From: Candidatus Moraniibacteriota bacterium | GTDB lineage: Bacteria > Patescibacteriota > Minisyncoccia > Moranbacterales > UBA1568 | Direction: 5' to 3' | NCBI GenBank assembly: GCA_018061645.1 | Contig: JAGOTT010000001.1 | Span: 1,090 to 65,089, forward strand | DNA length: 64,000 nucleotides | In this document: positions 31,077-40,812 of the stretch, one piece after another | How the letters are laid out: each line of letters starts with the position of its first letter | Position numbering within the stretch: position 1 is the stretch's first letter | Made by a program: the position numbers and the translations under genes | The notes under the pieces: generated by a model | Databases searched by the model: none | What the model saw: the letters and a program-made list of their open reading frames with translations, nothing else | Told to the model about the DNA's origin: nothing

Positions 31077-31110
31077 GACCCCGCCCTTCGCGAAGGGCGG
31101 GGTTTTCGGT
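31077..31110 (+). terminator. Rho-independent terminator after rplL
   Basis: CCCCGCCCTTCG-CGAAGGGCGGGG plus TTTT. Confidence 0.7.
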
Positions 31111-31194
31111 ATTCGTTGTGTATTGACAATTTACATTTTTTAGTGTATAATGAAACGAGCGTACATTTGCGCTTGTCTGTCCAAGGAGGACAAT

Positions 31195-31719
31195 ATGAAA
31201 TCGCTTCTGTTGGTTCTTTTCAGTGTTGTTTTCTCGATTCCGGCGTTCGCCGCTTCCGCGTCGTTCACCATGGAGGGTCAGGTGACCCGGATCGAGCCGC
31301 GCGTCCGCCACAGCACCACGTACGAGCGTGAGTGCTGGACTGAAGAGGTGCCGGTCCAGCAATCGTCGTCAAGGGATCGTTCCTATGGTGGCGCCGCAAT
31401 CGGCGGTGTGACCGGCGGTATTCTTGGACACCAGATCGGGAAAGGAAGTGGTAAGACCGTGGCGACTGCGACCGGTGCGGTTATCGGGGCGCTCGTCGGC
31501 GACAACATCGACAACGACGGTTATCGGAGTGCTCCCCAAGTCCAGTATCGCTCCCAAGAGCGTTGCCGTTCCGTTCCGCAGTCCCGGGAAATTCCGGACG
31601 GATACGACGTGACTGTCCGTTTCCAGGGGCGGGATATGACGTTCCAGATGCGGGATGACCCCGGATATGGGACTATCCGTCTCAATTTCAGCGGCACCGT
31701 AACGCCGGCACGGTGGTAA
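31195..31719 (+). CDS. Secreted glycine-zipper domain protein
   Basis: Signal peptide MKSLLLVLFSVVFSIPAFA. Gly-zipper GGAAIGGVTGGILGHQIGKGSGKTVATATGAVIGALVG. Strong RBS AAGGAGGA. Confidence 0.5.
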   Translation: MKSLLLVLFSVVFSIPAFAASASFTMEGQVTRIEPRVRHSTTYERECWTEEVPVQQSSSRDRSYGGAAIGGVTGGILGHQIGKGSGKTVATATGAVIGALVGDNIDNDGYRSAPQVQYRSQERCRSVPQSREIPDGYDVTVRFQGRDMTFQMRDDPGYGTIRLNFSGTVTPARW

Positions 31720-31905
31720 CCCGGCCTTTTGCGGACCTGTTTCGGCAGGTCTGCTTTTCTTTGACAGGAATAAATTTCTTTGATATGAATTGATGTATCG
31801 TTTTGTTCATTGTAATGCGAATCGTCAGTTCCGATCCGGAGAGTTCTTTCCGGGTTTTCGTTTTTCCCGACCATTTTCGGTCGGTATCATTCATTAAAAG
31901 GAGAT

Positions 31906-32946
31906 ATGAATATGTCCATCAAGGAATTCATTCTTGATCTGAATAAGCAGCGGAGTGATGCGTTCTGCTCGCCGGAGGCGCAGGATGCGCTCCGTCTCTA
32001 CCGGAAGCAGCACCCGACGACTTTTCTTGTCTTCAAATGCATGGATGGGCGGATCAATATTCCGCTCATCGCGAATCTTCCGGAGGGAGCGCTCCAGCCA
32101 TTCCGCAATATCGGCGGGAAATTCGACCTCGGCTCACCGCTTCTCAACGACCTCGTGCTCAAGGCGAGACGGCAAGCCGGTCGCGAAGGGAACCGGATGC
32201 TGTCTTTGTGTACGTATCACTTCTCGGAAGGGGATATCCATCGCGGCTGCGCGGGTCACAATCATGACACGGACGCCGCCATCGCCGGCGCAAAGGCGCT
32301 CAAAGATCAGTTCGAGAGGATGTTCGGCCGGGAAAACCGGGTCGTTTCTGCGATCGTCGTCGGTATCGAGACGGACGAGGACGCGCTTATCTTCCATAAT
32401 GGGGGTGACGAGCGTTTGCTGATCGCGGAACACGTCGACGCGACCGACGATGAGATTGAGCGACTCCTGTCATCCTTATATGGGCAGATGCACCCGGACA
32501 TGCTTCGGGATCTCTTGCCGATCGCACTCGGGAACCGTGACCATGTACGGAACATTCGTCTCCAGAAACGGCCGGTTGCGGAACTTGTGCATGGCGAGAA
32601 TGTCATCGCGGTCGGTCGCGGGTTCGGTTGGCTCCATGTCCCGAACAAGGCGCTCATCATCGGTCCGTACGACTATGATTGGGGCGAGGCGGTGAAGGTT
32701 GCCGGAAAGATCGTTTCCGCGAACATCGCGGAAGGGCGTGTTCCGAAGGAGGATGGAGCATTGCTTCTCGTCCTTACCCCGTTCTGGGAGCTGGACGAGC
32801 GCGATGCGGTCGCGGAAAAATCCCGCTATATCGCCCGGGTGTCGAAACGAGTTCTCAACGAGTCGTTTCCGGGTCTCAAACTCGATGTGCTCGTCGGTGT
32901 GACGGACATGCGGACGAGGTTGATGCACGAGATTTCTCCGGAATAG
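31906..32946 (+). CDS. Beta-carbonic-anhydrase-like protein with about 150-aa C-terminal extension
   Basis: CxDxR (KCMDGR), FRNIGG, and HxxC (IHRGCAGH) motifs in beta-CA order and spacing. Confidence 0.4.
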   Translation: MNMSIKEFILDLNKQRSDAFCSPEAQDALRLYRKQHPTTFLVFKCMDGRINIPLIANLPEGALQPFRNIGGKFDLGSPLLNDLVLKARRQAGREGNRMLSLCTYHFSEGDIHRGCAGHNHDTDAAIAGAKALKDQFERMFGRENRVVSAIVVGIETDEDALIFHNGGDERLLIAEHVDATDDEIERLLSSLYGQMHPDMLRDLLPIALGNRDHVRNIRLQKRPVAELVHGENVIAVGRGFGWLHVPNKALIIGPYDYDWGEAVKVAGKIVSANIAEGRVPKEDGALLLVLTPFWELDERDAVAEKSRYIARVSKRVLNESFPGLKLDVLVGVTDMRTRLMHEISPE

Positions 32947-33059
32947 GTCGACGCCATATCGCGGGGTCACGCATACGTGATCCCGCTTTTCTTTTTCGTC
33001 GGTTTTGCCGTATACTTGAATGAAATGAGTCATCATTTCATTTTTTGGCGTGAAATACT

Positions 33060-33695
33060 ATGGAATATTTCGGAATCGATCTGGTCGAGACGATCAAGGT
33101 GATCGGATACGCGGGACTCGCGGTCATCGTGTTCGCGGAGACGGGACTTTTTCTCGGATTCTTCCTGCCAGGTGACAGCCTCCTGTTCGTCGCGGGATTC
33201 CTCGCGTCACAGGGATTTTTTTCCCCGTTTCTTCTCGCGTCACTGCTCTTCGTCTGTGCGACGCTCGGGAACATGGCAGGGTACGAATTCGGCCGTCGCG
33301 TCGGTCCGAAACTGTTCTCCCGTGAGGATTCCCTCCTATTCCGGAAACAGCACGTCGAGCGTACGAAGCGGTTCTATGACCGTTATGGAGGGAAGACGAT
33401 ATTCCTTGCGCGGTTCGTCCCGGTCGTCCGCACATTCGCGCCGATCCTGGCGGGGGTCGCGGGTATGCGATATGCGTCCTTTATGACATACAATGTCGTC
33501 GGAGGATTCGTCTGGTCGTTCGGGCTCGTATATCTCGGATATTCCTTGGGGAGTTTCGTCCCGGACGTCGACAGGTATCTTCTGCCGATCGTGCTCGCTA
33601 TCATCGTGATTTCGTTTTTGCCGGGAGCGGTACACCTGTATCAGGAACGTAAGGAAATGCGGGCCGCCGAAGACCCGGATAAATCTATCGGGTAG
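33060..33695 (+). CDS. DedA-family membrane protein
   Basis: ETGLFLGFFLPGDSLLFVAGFLAS DedA signature. Confidence 0.8.
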   Translation: MEYFGIDLVETIKVIGYAGLAVIVFAETGLFLGFFLPGDSLLFVAGFLASQGFFSPFLLASLLFVCATLGNMAGYEFGRRVGPKLFSREDSLLFRKQHVERTKRFYDRYGGKTIFLARFVPVVRTFAPILAGVAGMRYASFMTYNVVGGFVWSFGLVYLGYSLGSFVPDVDRYLLPIVLAIIVISFLPGAVHLYQERKEMRAAEDPDKSIG

Positions 33696-34074
33696 ATAAA
33701 AAAAGCCGGCAGGAATGGTTCATTCCGCCGGAAAGTTCCTTCGTCCGTCTTGCTGGAGATTCACCTTGTCGCCTCGGTGCGCCCAAGGGAGGGTGGTCGC
33801 TTGCTTCGTCCCGGCCGTTCGTTCTGATTCTGGCCGTTCGGGGGCGTCTTTTCGCGTAAGACTCCATGGAGGGGATGATCCATGCGGTGCCCACGCGAGA
33901 GCGGTGCCATCACTTTCTCCATCCGCAAGTACTGGACATCCGATCCGCTCTGATCGGATTTTTTCGTCCACGGTCCGCAGGAACATTTCGTATGGTGACG
34001 GGAAACGTGTTTTTTGTCAACCTCATTGCTGTCGTGTCGGGTCGCGATTTTTGGATTCTGCTATAATGTGAAAT

Positions 34075-35274
34075 ATGATGTCAAAACGGGCGGTTATCGT
34101 TTCACTTCTTTTGTTGTTCGGTCTGGCGACCGCTTATTTCGTTTACGCGAAACTGACGGATGGATCCGAAAAGGAACGTGCCGATCCGGAAACGATGCTG
34201 GAGACGGTTTCTTACTCCGCCCCACAGGAGGACCCTGTACCTGTTTCCCAGGAAATTCCGAAAAAGGTACTGCCGCCCCCACCGCCCCCACCGGATATGG
34301 ATCGTATGAAGCGTGAAGGATGCGTGACTGACGGTCTCCTGAACGGTGATTTCCCCGGTGACGGAAAGACGTTCAAACTCATGAACGATTCGGGGTGTTA
34401 TTATCTCCATCGTTCGATCGGGACATGGCTCGATCCTCCTGATTGGGAGGATATCGATCGGAACATGGCCGCGCTTCGCCCGGGATTTCTCCATGGCATG
34501 TTCATCGCGGAAGCGATCGATACGAAGGCGAAATATTTTTCCGACGATGAGGGGCGTCGACTCGATTTCGGAGAGATGTGCCGTAGCGGATCGAAAAATT
34601 TCTGGGGCGAGCATACGTGCAAGCCGTCGTTCCAACGGGAGGAATATCGGACATACATCCGCTCCATAACCCGTGAGGCGATGGATCGGAACGTGCAGGT
34701 GTTCATGTTCGGCCAGGTTTATCTTCAGGATGCGAGCGATCTTTCGGAGAGCGCCATCCCGGATATCATCCGGGAGATGCGGCAATATGCCGCGATACGC
34801 GATATGAGGATACTTGTCGGCGCACAGACGAACGATATTGCGGATCCCTCATATCTCGGGCTGTTCGACTTCATCGAAGGAGGAGTCGGGATCGACGCGG
34901 AGGGGGATATCGAAAACGGCCCGTGTCATTCGCGGTGGTGGAAAAGGCCGGGGGACTGGTGTTGGGGGCTTCTTTGGAATGAGCGGTTTTCGAAGCATGC
35001 ACGGAACGTCTTCCTGCATTACGATTGGAGCGGGAAGATCGGCGACGATATGAGTGTGTTCACGCGTATGAGCAAGGAAAAGCGCGAGGAGACGACGAGA
35101 CGGCTGCATACGTATTTCATCGGGAAAGACATGGGATTCCTCCTCCCGTATCTTGCGCGGCTCCATGTGGACAACGGCGGATGTACCGGCCCCGGAAAGC
35201 GGTACTATACGCCGGACGATCGGTATCACTGTGATGATGAGGCGGCGTGGAACAGGATCCTTCAGGGGAAGTAA
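34075..35274 (+). CDS. Secreted hypothetical protein with poly-Pro linker
   Basis: N-terminal anchor/signal, PPPPPPP linker, about 330-aa globular domain. No recognised motif. Confidence 0.45.
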   Translation: MMSKRAVIVSLLLLFGLATAYFVYAKLTDGSEKERADPETMLETVSYSAPQEDPVPVSQEIPKKVLPPPPPPPDMDRMKREGCVTDGLLNGDFPGDGKTFKLMNDSGCYYLHRSIGTWLDPPDWEDIDRNMAALRPGFLHGMFIAEAIDTKAKYFSDDEGRRLDFGEMCRSGSKNFWGEHTCKPSFQREEYRTYIRSITREAMDRNVQVFMFGQVYLQDASDLSESAIPDIIREMRQYAAIRDMRILVGAQTNDIADPSYLGLFDFIEGGVGIDAEGDIENGPCHSRWWKRPGDWCWGLLWNERFSKHARNVFLHYDWSGKIGDDMSVFTRMSKEKREETTRRLHTYFIGKDMGFLLPYLARLHVDNGGCTGPGKRYYTPDDRYHCDDEAAWNRILQGK

Positions 35275-35293
35275 ATAGCGACAAGCTCATCAA

Positions 35294-35521
35294 GTGCAGA
35301 TGAAAATTTCCGTGAAAGTGAGACCGAACGCGAAAAAGGAATCCGTCGAGCAGATGCATGACGGGTCGTTTTTCGTTTCAGTGAAGGCTCCCGCTACGGA
35401 GGGGAAGGCGAACGCTCGTCTCGTGAAAGTATTGGCGAAGCACTTCGATACCGCGCCGTCATGCGTCTCGATCGTTTCCGGAATATCATCCCGCGTGAAG
35501 CGGGTGGAGATACTAGAGTAG
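35294..35521 (+). CDS. DUF167 (YggU-like) small protein
   Basis: 75 aa. KISVKVRPNAKKESVEQ....KAPATEGKANARLVKVLAKHF pattern. Confidence 0.55.
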   Translation: MQMKISVKVRPNAKKESVEQMHDGSFFVSVKAPATEGKANARLVKVLAKHFDTAPSCVSIVSGISSRVKRVEILE

Positions 35522-35716
35522 TCCGGAATACGCTCCCGAGAGGGTCGAGAGGAGCCACGGGATGGCGATCATGATGCCGAGAAGAGGGAGGACGAACATC
35601 ACGATCGATCCGATCATCGTCCAAAGGAAATATTTCCGTGTCTTTTCGACCGATGCATATATCGCGTCGAGTTTTTTGTCCTGCGCGTCAAGTCGCGCCG
35701 AAAATTCCTGGTCCAT
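35513..35716 (-). CDS. Small membrane protein (hypothetical)
   Basis: 67 aa with one C-terminal TM helix. Confidence 0.3.
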   Translation of the reverse strand: MDQEFSARLDAQDKKLDAIYASVEKTRKYFLWTMIGSIVMFVLPLLGIMIAIPWLLSTLSGAYSGLL

Positions 35717-35802
35717 AATATCTCAATTATTTTTTTCAGTATGACAGAATTGGAGAAAACAAAAAAGACCCCTTACGGGGTCTTTTTTGTTCCTGGCCTT
35801 GA

Positions 35803-36000
35803 TTAGGCGCGGGAGACGTTCGTGGCGGACGGTCCCTTCTCCCCTTCGACGATTTCGAAAGAAACGGTATCGCCAACCTTGAGCTCGTCATACGTCACAC
35901 CGACGAGTTCCTTCGCATGGAAGAAAAGATCCTTCTCCTGTCCCTCGACGGCGATGAATCCGAACCCGCGATCCGTGAGCGTTTTGATGCTACCGGTCAT
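35803..36000 (-). CDS. cspA: Cold-shock protein CspA family
   Basis: 65 aa. GSIKTLTDRGFGFI RNP1 and FFHAKEL RNP2. Confidence 0.9.
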   Translation of the reverse strand: MTGSIKTLTDRGFGFIAVEGQEKDLFFHAKELVGVTYDELKVGDTVSFEIVEGEKGPSATNVSRA

Positions 36001-36153
36001 AGTGTTCTGCTTAGTGCTGCTTAGTTGCTACTTCGAAGAAATCCGACTACATTTCCCAAGTACGCTCCATATTGTAGCGCAATTTTCCGGTTCTGTCAAT
36101 ACGCAGCCAGTGAAAGAGAAAAGAGGCTCGAAAGAGCCTCTTTTCTATTCCTG

Positions 36154-36582
36154 TTATTTGGTGTCAGTCCATTCGCCTGAGTCCTTGTCGTAATGCGATA
36201 GGGTTTTTCCTCCTACGCATATGCCATCATCGATCGAGCCGAGAAAATACGCGACATCGATCAGGGTTGTGGTTGTTTTTGTTTCCTGATAGATTCCTGC
36301 TCGTCGATATGAGACGATGGCCGCGTCACCTTTTTCGTCTACCGTGACGACTTCATGCAGATAAACGCCATTTTCATCTTCAAGCGTCCTAAGCGCCTCC
36401 GGATTCTCCTGGCCGCTCAATCTTTCGATTTGCAATCTGATTTCTTCCAGGGACGGGAAATGTGTTTCCTGTTCGGCTGTCGGTATCGAATCCGCTTCCT
36501 GCTTCTGGGTCTGGCTCGGAAACTCGTGCATAGGGATTGGCTTATGGTTTTTACTGGGGAGGATGGGATCGAACCATCGCAT
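36154..36582 (-). CDS. Hypothetical protein (AT-rich gene downstream of tRNA-Gln)
   Basis: Start placed at MRWFD... to avoid overlap with the tRNA. No motif. Confidence 0.35.
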   Translation of the reverse strand: MRWFDPILPSKNHKPIPMHEFPSQTQKQEADSIPTAEQETHFPSLEEIRLQIERLSGQENPEALRTLEDENGVYLHEVVTVDEKGDAAIVSYRRAGIYQETKTTTTLIDVAYFLGSIDDGICVGGKTLSHYDKDSGEWTDTK

Positions 36583-36595
36583 GATTTGATATATG

Positions 36596-36667
36596 TTGCC
36601 CGGGCAGGATTCGGACCTGCGCATAGCGGAGTCAAAGTCCGCTGCCTTACCGCTTGGCTACCGGGCA
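36596..36667 (-). tRNA. tRNA-Gln (anticodon UUG)
   Basis: Cloverleaf read by hand: acceptor UGCCCGG/CCGGGCA, D-arm GCCAAGCGGUAAGGC, anticodon stem GCGGA/UCCGC with loop CUUUGAC, T-arm GCAGG-UCCGAAU-CCUGC. Discriminator A; CCA not encoded. Confidence 0.8.
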
Positions 36668-36676
36668 ATAATCAGT

Positions 36677-37360
36677 TTACGTTTCTATTTTCAGACTTTC
36701 GAGAATTCCCAGAACCCACCCTGAGATTTTCCTGTTCAGGTCCGTGCTGTTTCTTACATCTATGCGGAGTAGCCCGTGATAATCTTCGCTGTAGTTTTTC
36801 ATTTTCGTTTTCGGGTTGTGCGTTTTGAGATATACCTGCTTTATATCAGTCCTGACCAGATTACTCCAAAATTTCCGTGCGGATTCGATGTCAGCGGATC
36901 GATGAATGTAGATACTGTAATGCAGATCTTCCTTTTCTTTTCCGCAGATTTCTTGGAGCCAACGGTCGAAGAGGAGAATCATTCTTGGGTCGGAATTATT
37001 AAAGGTCGTTCGCTGGGAAACGTTGTGTTTCTTCTGCTTGCTGCCTTCCGCCCAGTAGAGCGCGATTCCGATGAGCCACAGCTCTTTCTTCGAGATGCTC
37101 TTTATTTCCTTCTTCGCTGACTCGATGGTGAGCCGCTCTCGCGCGATCCTTGCATTGCGACAAGACTCTTGTGCTTTGACTTGAGCGGCTTTTCTTTTGA
37201 GTGTGAGCCGTTGCCGTTGCTTTTTAGCGAGACCTATATCTTTTAGCCAGACGGAAAGTGTCGATTTTGCGATCGGTACTTCACGGAGGATCTCGTTATA
37301 AGACAGCCCTCGCTTTCGAAGGCTGATGGCGGCTTTTTTCTCACTTTCTTTTTTTGTCAT
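36677..37360 (-). CDS. HTH-domain protein with LAGLIDADG-like motif (possible homing-endonuclease-like / mobile-element protein)
   Basis: 227 aa, AT-rich. N-terminal resolvase-type HTH (ISLRKRGLSYNEILREVPIAKSTLSVWLK). Central LWLIGIALYWAEGSK resembles a LAGLIDADG block. Directly abuts tRNA-Gln. Confidence 0.4.
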   Translation of the reverse strand: MTKKESEKKAAISLRKRGLSYNEILREVPIAKSTLSVWLKDIGLAKKQRQRLTLKRKAAQVKAQESCRNARIARERLTIESAKKEIKSISKKELWLIGIALYWAEGSKQKKHNVSQRTTFNNSDPRMILLFDRWLQEICGKEKEDLHYSIYIHRSADIESARKFWSNLVRTDIKQVYLKTHNPKTKMKNYSEDYHGLLRIDVRNSTDLNRKISGWVLGILESLKIET

Positions 37361-37442
37361 GGAACTACAGTTAGTATATATGTAAATTATAACTGTAGTT
37401 CGGTCAAATTGTCAAAATGCAGCTTCAATCGAAAATCTGCGA

Positions 37443-39149
37443 TTACACCACACTTCCGCCGAAGGCGGCGAGGGCTTGGGAGATGAGGGGATTCCCGGGC
37501 TTTTCGTCCGGCTCGGCGACGACGACTGCAACCTTGGTTCTCGCGGAGAGAATGGTATCAAAAGCCTGAACAAGGGTCAATTGTGCCTTCGGTTCGGCGA
37601 GGCGATCCTTGTGGAAGGGAAACCTCACGGCGATCGTTATCTTGTTCCCCTCGGATTTTGCGGGGCGGGCGTTCGTGAGCGCGAGAGTGAGCGACGCGTT
37701 GATTTTTGTCGCTTCGCGGATGATATCGCGCCAGCGGTCTTTCACATCCTCGAAGGAGAAAGTGGCGGGCGTGGTATCTTTGGAATCTTCCTGCGCCGTT
37801 TCGATTGTGGTTTCTTCTGCTTTGTTTGTCACTTCGTCTGACCTCGGGATTCCTCGACTTGCAGACTCACTCGGAATGACAGTCGTGGTATCTTCAGTTT
37901 TTTCCGAATCTTGTTTCTTGTTTCTTGTTTCTTGAACCCCTTGTTTCTTGTCGCTTGTGTCTTGTATCTTTTCTTCCGTTTTTGATTCAGATTTTTTTGG
38001 CTCTGTGGATTTCGGTCCGGCAGTTTTTTCGGGTTCTTGTATCTTGTATCTTGTATCTTGTATCTTATCCATCATCGCTTTCACCGTCGCGATTTCGATC
38101 GGGAGTTCGGGGATGGAGGAATTCTTCAACTGCTCCGCCGCGACCGAGAAGAGCTCGATGATGCGGACGGCTTCGGTCGGGGAGAAGGAAGCGGCGAGCG
38201 CGAGGGTCGATGTGCGCTGCTCGTCGGTGAAGGATTCGAGGTCAGATGTAGCCGCTTTCTTGTCGATTGCGGCGAGGAGGATGACGCGGAGGTAACGGAG
38301 AAGCGAAGGAACGAACGCAGAAAAATTCTCACCGCGGTCGGAGAGTTCGCGGAGGTAGGCGAGCGCCTCGGGGAGGTCGTTCCCGCCGAGGAGTCGGGTG
38401 AACTGTTCGAGTTTCTCATGGCTCGTCACGCCGAGGATCGCCGCCGCATCCTCTTCGGTGATCGGGCTTTCCTGGAGGGTGGCGACCGCCGTGAAGAGCG
38501 ACTCGGCGTCGCGCATGCCGCCTTCGGCCGAGAGCGCGATGAGTCGGAGCGCCTCGGGCTGGATCTTGAGTTTCTCGCTCTTCGCGATCAGCTCCAGTTT
38601 CTCGATGATCTTCGCGACCGGGAAACGCGAAAGGTCGAATCGCTGGCATCGTGAAACGATGGTTTCCGGAACCTTGTGGAGCGCGGTGGTCGCAAGGATG
38701 AAGATCGCATGCGCCGGTGGCTCCTCAAGCGTTTTCAGAAAGGCGTTCCAAGCGCCGGGAGAGAGCATGTGCGCCTCGTCGATGATATAGATGCGGTAGG
38801 GACCGGATGCGGGCGGAGTCGGGACGCCTTCGAGGATTTCTCGCATCTTATCGACCTGGGTGTGGGTCGCGGCGTCGAATTCGATGAGATCCATCGAACG
38901 ACCATTCTGGATGGTCTTACAATTCTCGCATTTTCCGCAAGGCTCGGCGCCCTTGCGATCCTGACAGTTCGCCGCTTTCGCGAGGAGTCGCGCGAGTGTG
39001 GTTTTGCCGGTGCCGCGTGGTCCGGTGAAGAGATAGGCGTGGCTCAGTTTTCCGGTCTTGAGAGCGTTCTCCAGTGTCCGGACGATGTGTTCCTGGCCGA
39101 TGACCTCGGCGAAGGTCGATGGACGGTATGTACGGTAGAAAGCGGGCAT
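37443..39149 (-). CDS. dnaX: DNA polymerase III subunit gamma/tau DnaX with repeat-built low-complexity linker
   Basis: N-terminal AAA+ (LFTGPRGTGKTTLARLLA, CxxC Zn module). The linker contains heptamer tracts (38036-38063 TTGTATCx4; 37910-37936 CTTGTTTx3) and an in-frame R1 copy (37846-37880). Confidence 0.9.
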   Translation of the reverse strand: MPAFYRTYRPSTFAEVIGQEHIVRTLENALKTGKLSHAYLFTGPRGTGKTTLARLLAKAANCQDRKGAEPCGKCENCKTIQNGRSMDLIEFDAATHTQVDKMREILEGVPTPPASGPYRIYIIDEAHMLSPGAWNAFLKTLEEPPAHAIFILATTALHKVPETIVSRCQRFDLSRFPVAKIIEKLELIAKSEKLKIQPEALRLIALSAEGGMRDAESLFTAVATLQESPITEEDAAAILGVTSHEKLEQFTRLLGGNDLPEALAYLRELSDRGENFSAFVPSLLRYLRVILLAAIDKKAATSDLESFTDEQRTSTLALAASFSPTEAVRIIELFSVAAEQLKNSSIPELPIEIATVKAMMDKIQDTRYKIQEPEKTAGPKSTEPKKSESKTEEKIQDTSDKKQGVQETRNKKQDSEKTEDTTTVIPSESASRGIPRSDEVTNKAEETTIETAQEDSKDTTPATFSFEDVKDRWRDIIREATKINASLTLALTNARPAKSEGNKITIAVRFPFHKDRLAEPKAQLTLVQAFDTILSARTKVAVVVAEPDEKPGNPLISQALAAFGGSVV

Positions 39150-39357
39150 ACTCTCAAATGTAAAATGGAAAAATCAAAACGGAAAATGAATATGATGACG
39201 AACATCTGATAATAAGGGGAACGGTAAAACAAGAAACCCCTCCGTTTCCTTCGCACGATCGCTTTTCAAATGTTTCGATGCGGTTCCATCATACCAAAGA
39301 AAACGCTTCCCGGGAATGGGAAGCGCGGACGAAAAAAAACGCAGATCCGGAACCGTC

Positions 39358-39819
39358 TCATCTTCGGAAGACGAAGAGCTTGTAGCCGATGAAATTCCAG
39401 ACGAGCGACGCCCCGGTCGCGAGAAGTTTTCCGGCATTCGCCCAGAGATGCGATGAGAGGCCGAATGCCGGCGGGAAAACGGAGGTGAATGCCGCGACGA
39501 TACCGGAATTGATGCCGGCACCGACCAATGAGACCGCGATGAATTGGGTGAATTTGGTTTCTTCCCGGTTCTTCGTGATGTCCTGGAAGGTCCAGTACTT
39601 GTTCATGAAGTAGCTGTTGATGACCGCTATCGAGAAGGAAACCAGGTTAATGACCGCAAGACCGTATCCTTGGGTGATGCCCGTGATGAAAATGAGTGCG
39701 TTGAACACCGCGAAATCGATTCCGGTATTGACACCGCCGACGAGGATGAATTTCGAGAATTGTCGTATCAGACGCTCAAGGCGTGTCTCGGTCGCCGGAA
39801 CGGTGCTTTCTGGATTCAT
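39358..39819 (-). CDS. GtrA-family polysaccharide-biosynthesis membrane protein
   Basis: FSKFILVGGVNTGIDFAVFN ... YFMNKYWTF. Confidence 0.7.
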   Translation of the reverse strand: MNPESTVPATETRLERLIRQFSKFILVGGVNTGIDFAVFNALIFITGITQGYGLAVINLVSFSIAVINSYFMNKYWTFQDITKNREETKFTQFIAVSLVGAGINSGIVAAFTSVFPPAFGLSSHLWANAGKLLATGASLVWNFIGYKLFVFRR

Positions 39820-39835
39820 GTGGTGTTCTTTCGGT

Positions 39836-40660
39836 TTAAGCCTTCGCTTCCTCCTTCTTTTCTTCCTGAGCGGTTTCTTTTTCGAGCGCTTCCATGTCGC
39901 GGATCCATTCGTCGAGAACGTTTCCGGTAACTGCCGCTTCGGCATCGCTTTCGGGAAGTGCGGAATCGGCGATCGGGGACTGCTTATCCTCGGCGTTCAT
40001 CAGTTCGGTCTTCCACTGCTCCATGCGGGCCGTGTTCGCCGTGATGGCGCTTTTCGCGGCTTCGTGAGCCGCTTCGGCTACGAGCGCACCTTTTTGGAGT
40101 ACGTTCTCTATCGCTGCGAATGTCGCTTCCATGTCACGTGGGAGAAGTATGGCTACCTCGTCTCCCGGGGCGAGTTTGAAGTAGGTGACGGACGCGAGAA
40201 GGACACGATACAGCTTTCCGTCCGCGACGATCTGGTAATTCCCGCGATCATCCTGCGAGACAATCCCGATGGCATGGCGACGCTCGACCGGGCCGATCTG
40301 CTTGTAGAGGAAAGTTCCGTCCGGAGTAATGGTGAGCTTGAGCATGTCGCCTTCGACGAGTTTCGATTTCGATGCATAGTTCGCGGGAACCGGATACTGT
40401 TTTCCGTCCGCGCCCGACATGAACTGCCCGTCGAAGGTTCCCTGAACCACGGATCCGTCTCCTTGCTCCGCGTCTTTTCTGGGTCGGCCCGACTTCTTCT
40501 TTCCTTCGATCTGAAGAAGCATCGCTCGGGCGCTCTGAATCGTCCGTTCCGCGTTCATGATCATGTCGCGGAGCGCCTGTATTTTTCCGGCCTGGTCGCC
40601 GGAGGAGGCGGGTGCCTCGTCGTGTTCCCCTGATGACATACTTTTGTTTTGGTCCGCCAC
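39836..40660 (-). CDS. Hypothetical protein
   Basis: 274 aa, acidic/Lys-rich termini. No motif recognised. Confidence 0.45.
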   Translation of the reverse strand: MADQNKSMSSGEHDEAPASSGDQAGKIQALRDMIMNAERTIQSARAMLLQIEGKKKSGRPRKDAEQGDGSVVQGTFDGQFMSGADGKQYPVPANYASKSKLVEGDMLKLTITPDGTFLYKQIGPVERRHAIGIVSQDDRGNYQIVADGKLYRVLLASVTYFKLAPGDEVAILLPRDMEATFAAIENVLQKGALVAEAAHEAAKSAITANTARMEQWKTELMNAEDKQSPIADSALPESDAEAAVTGNVLDEWIRDMEALEKETAQEEKKEEAKA

Positions 40661-40768
40661 GCGTCTTCATGTCGCGAGGCGCCCCCCTGTTTTTGTTTAC
40701 GATCTCTACGAAAAGTATACCGTATTTTTTCGGATTTGCAAGCGCCGGAGCATGGAACCTGGTAACTC

Positions 40769-40798
40769 TTGACAAAATTTGATAATGTGCGATAGTAT
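40769..40798 (+). promoter_or_regulatory. Candidate sigma70 promoter (TTGACA-17/18-TAGTAT) in the divergent intergenic region
   Basis: Consensus -35. Would give a very short leader for the 40813 gene. Confidence 0.35.
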
Positions 40799-40812
40799 AT
40801 TCTGATATCTCA

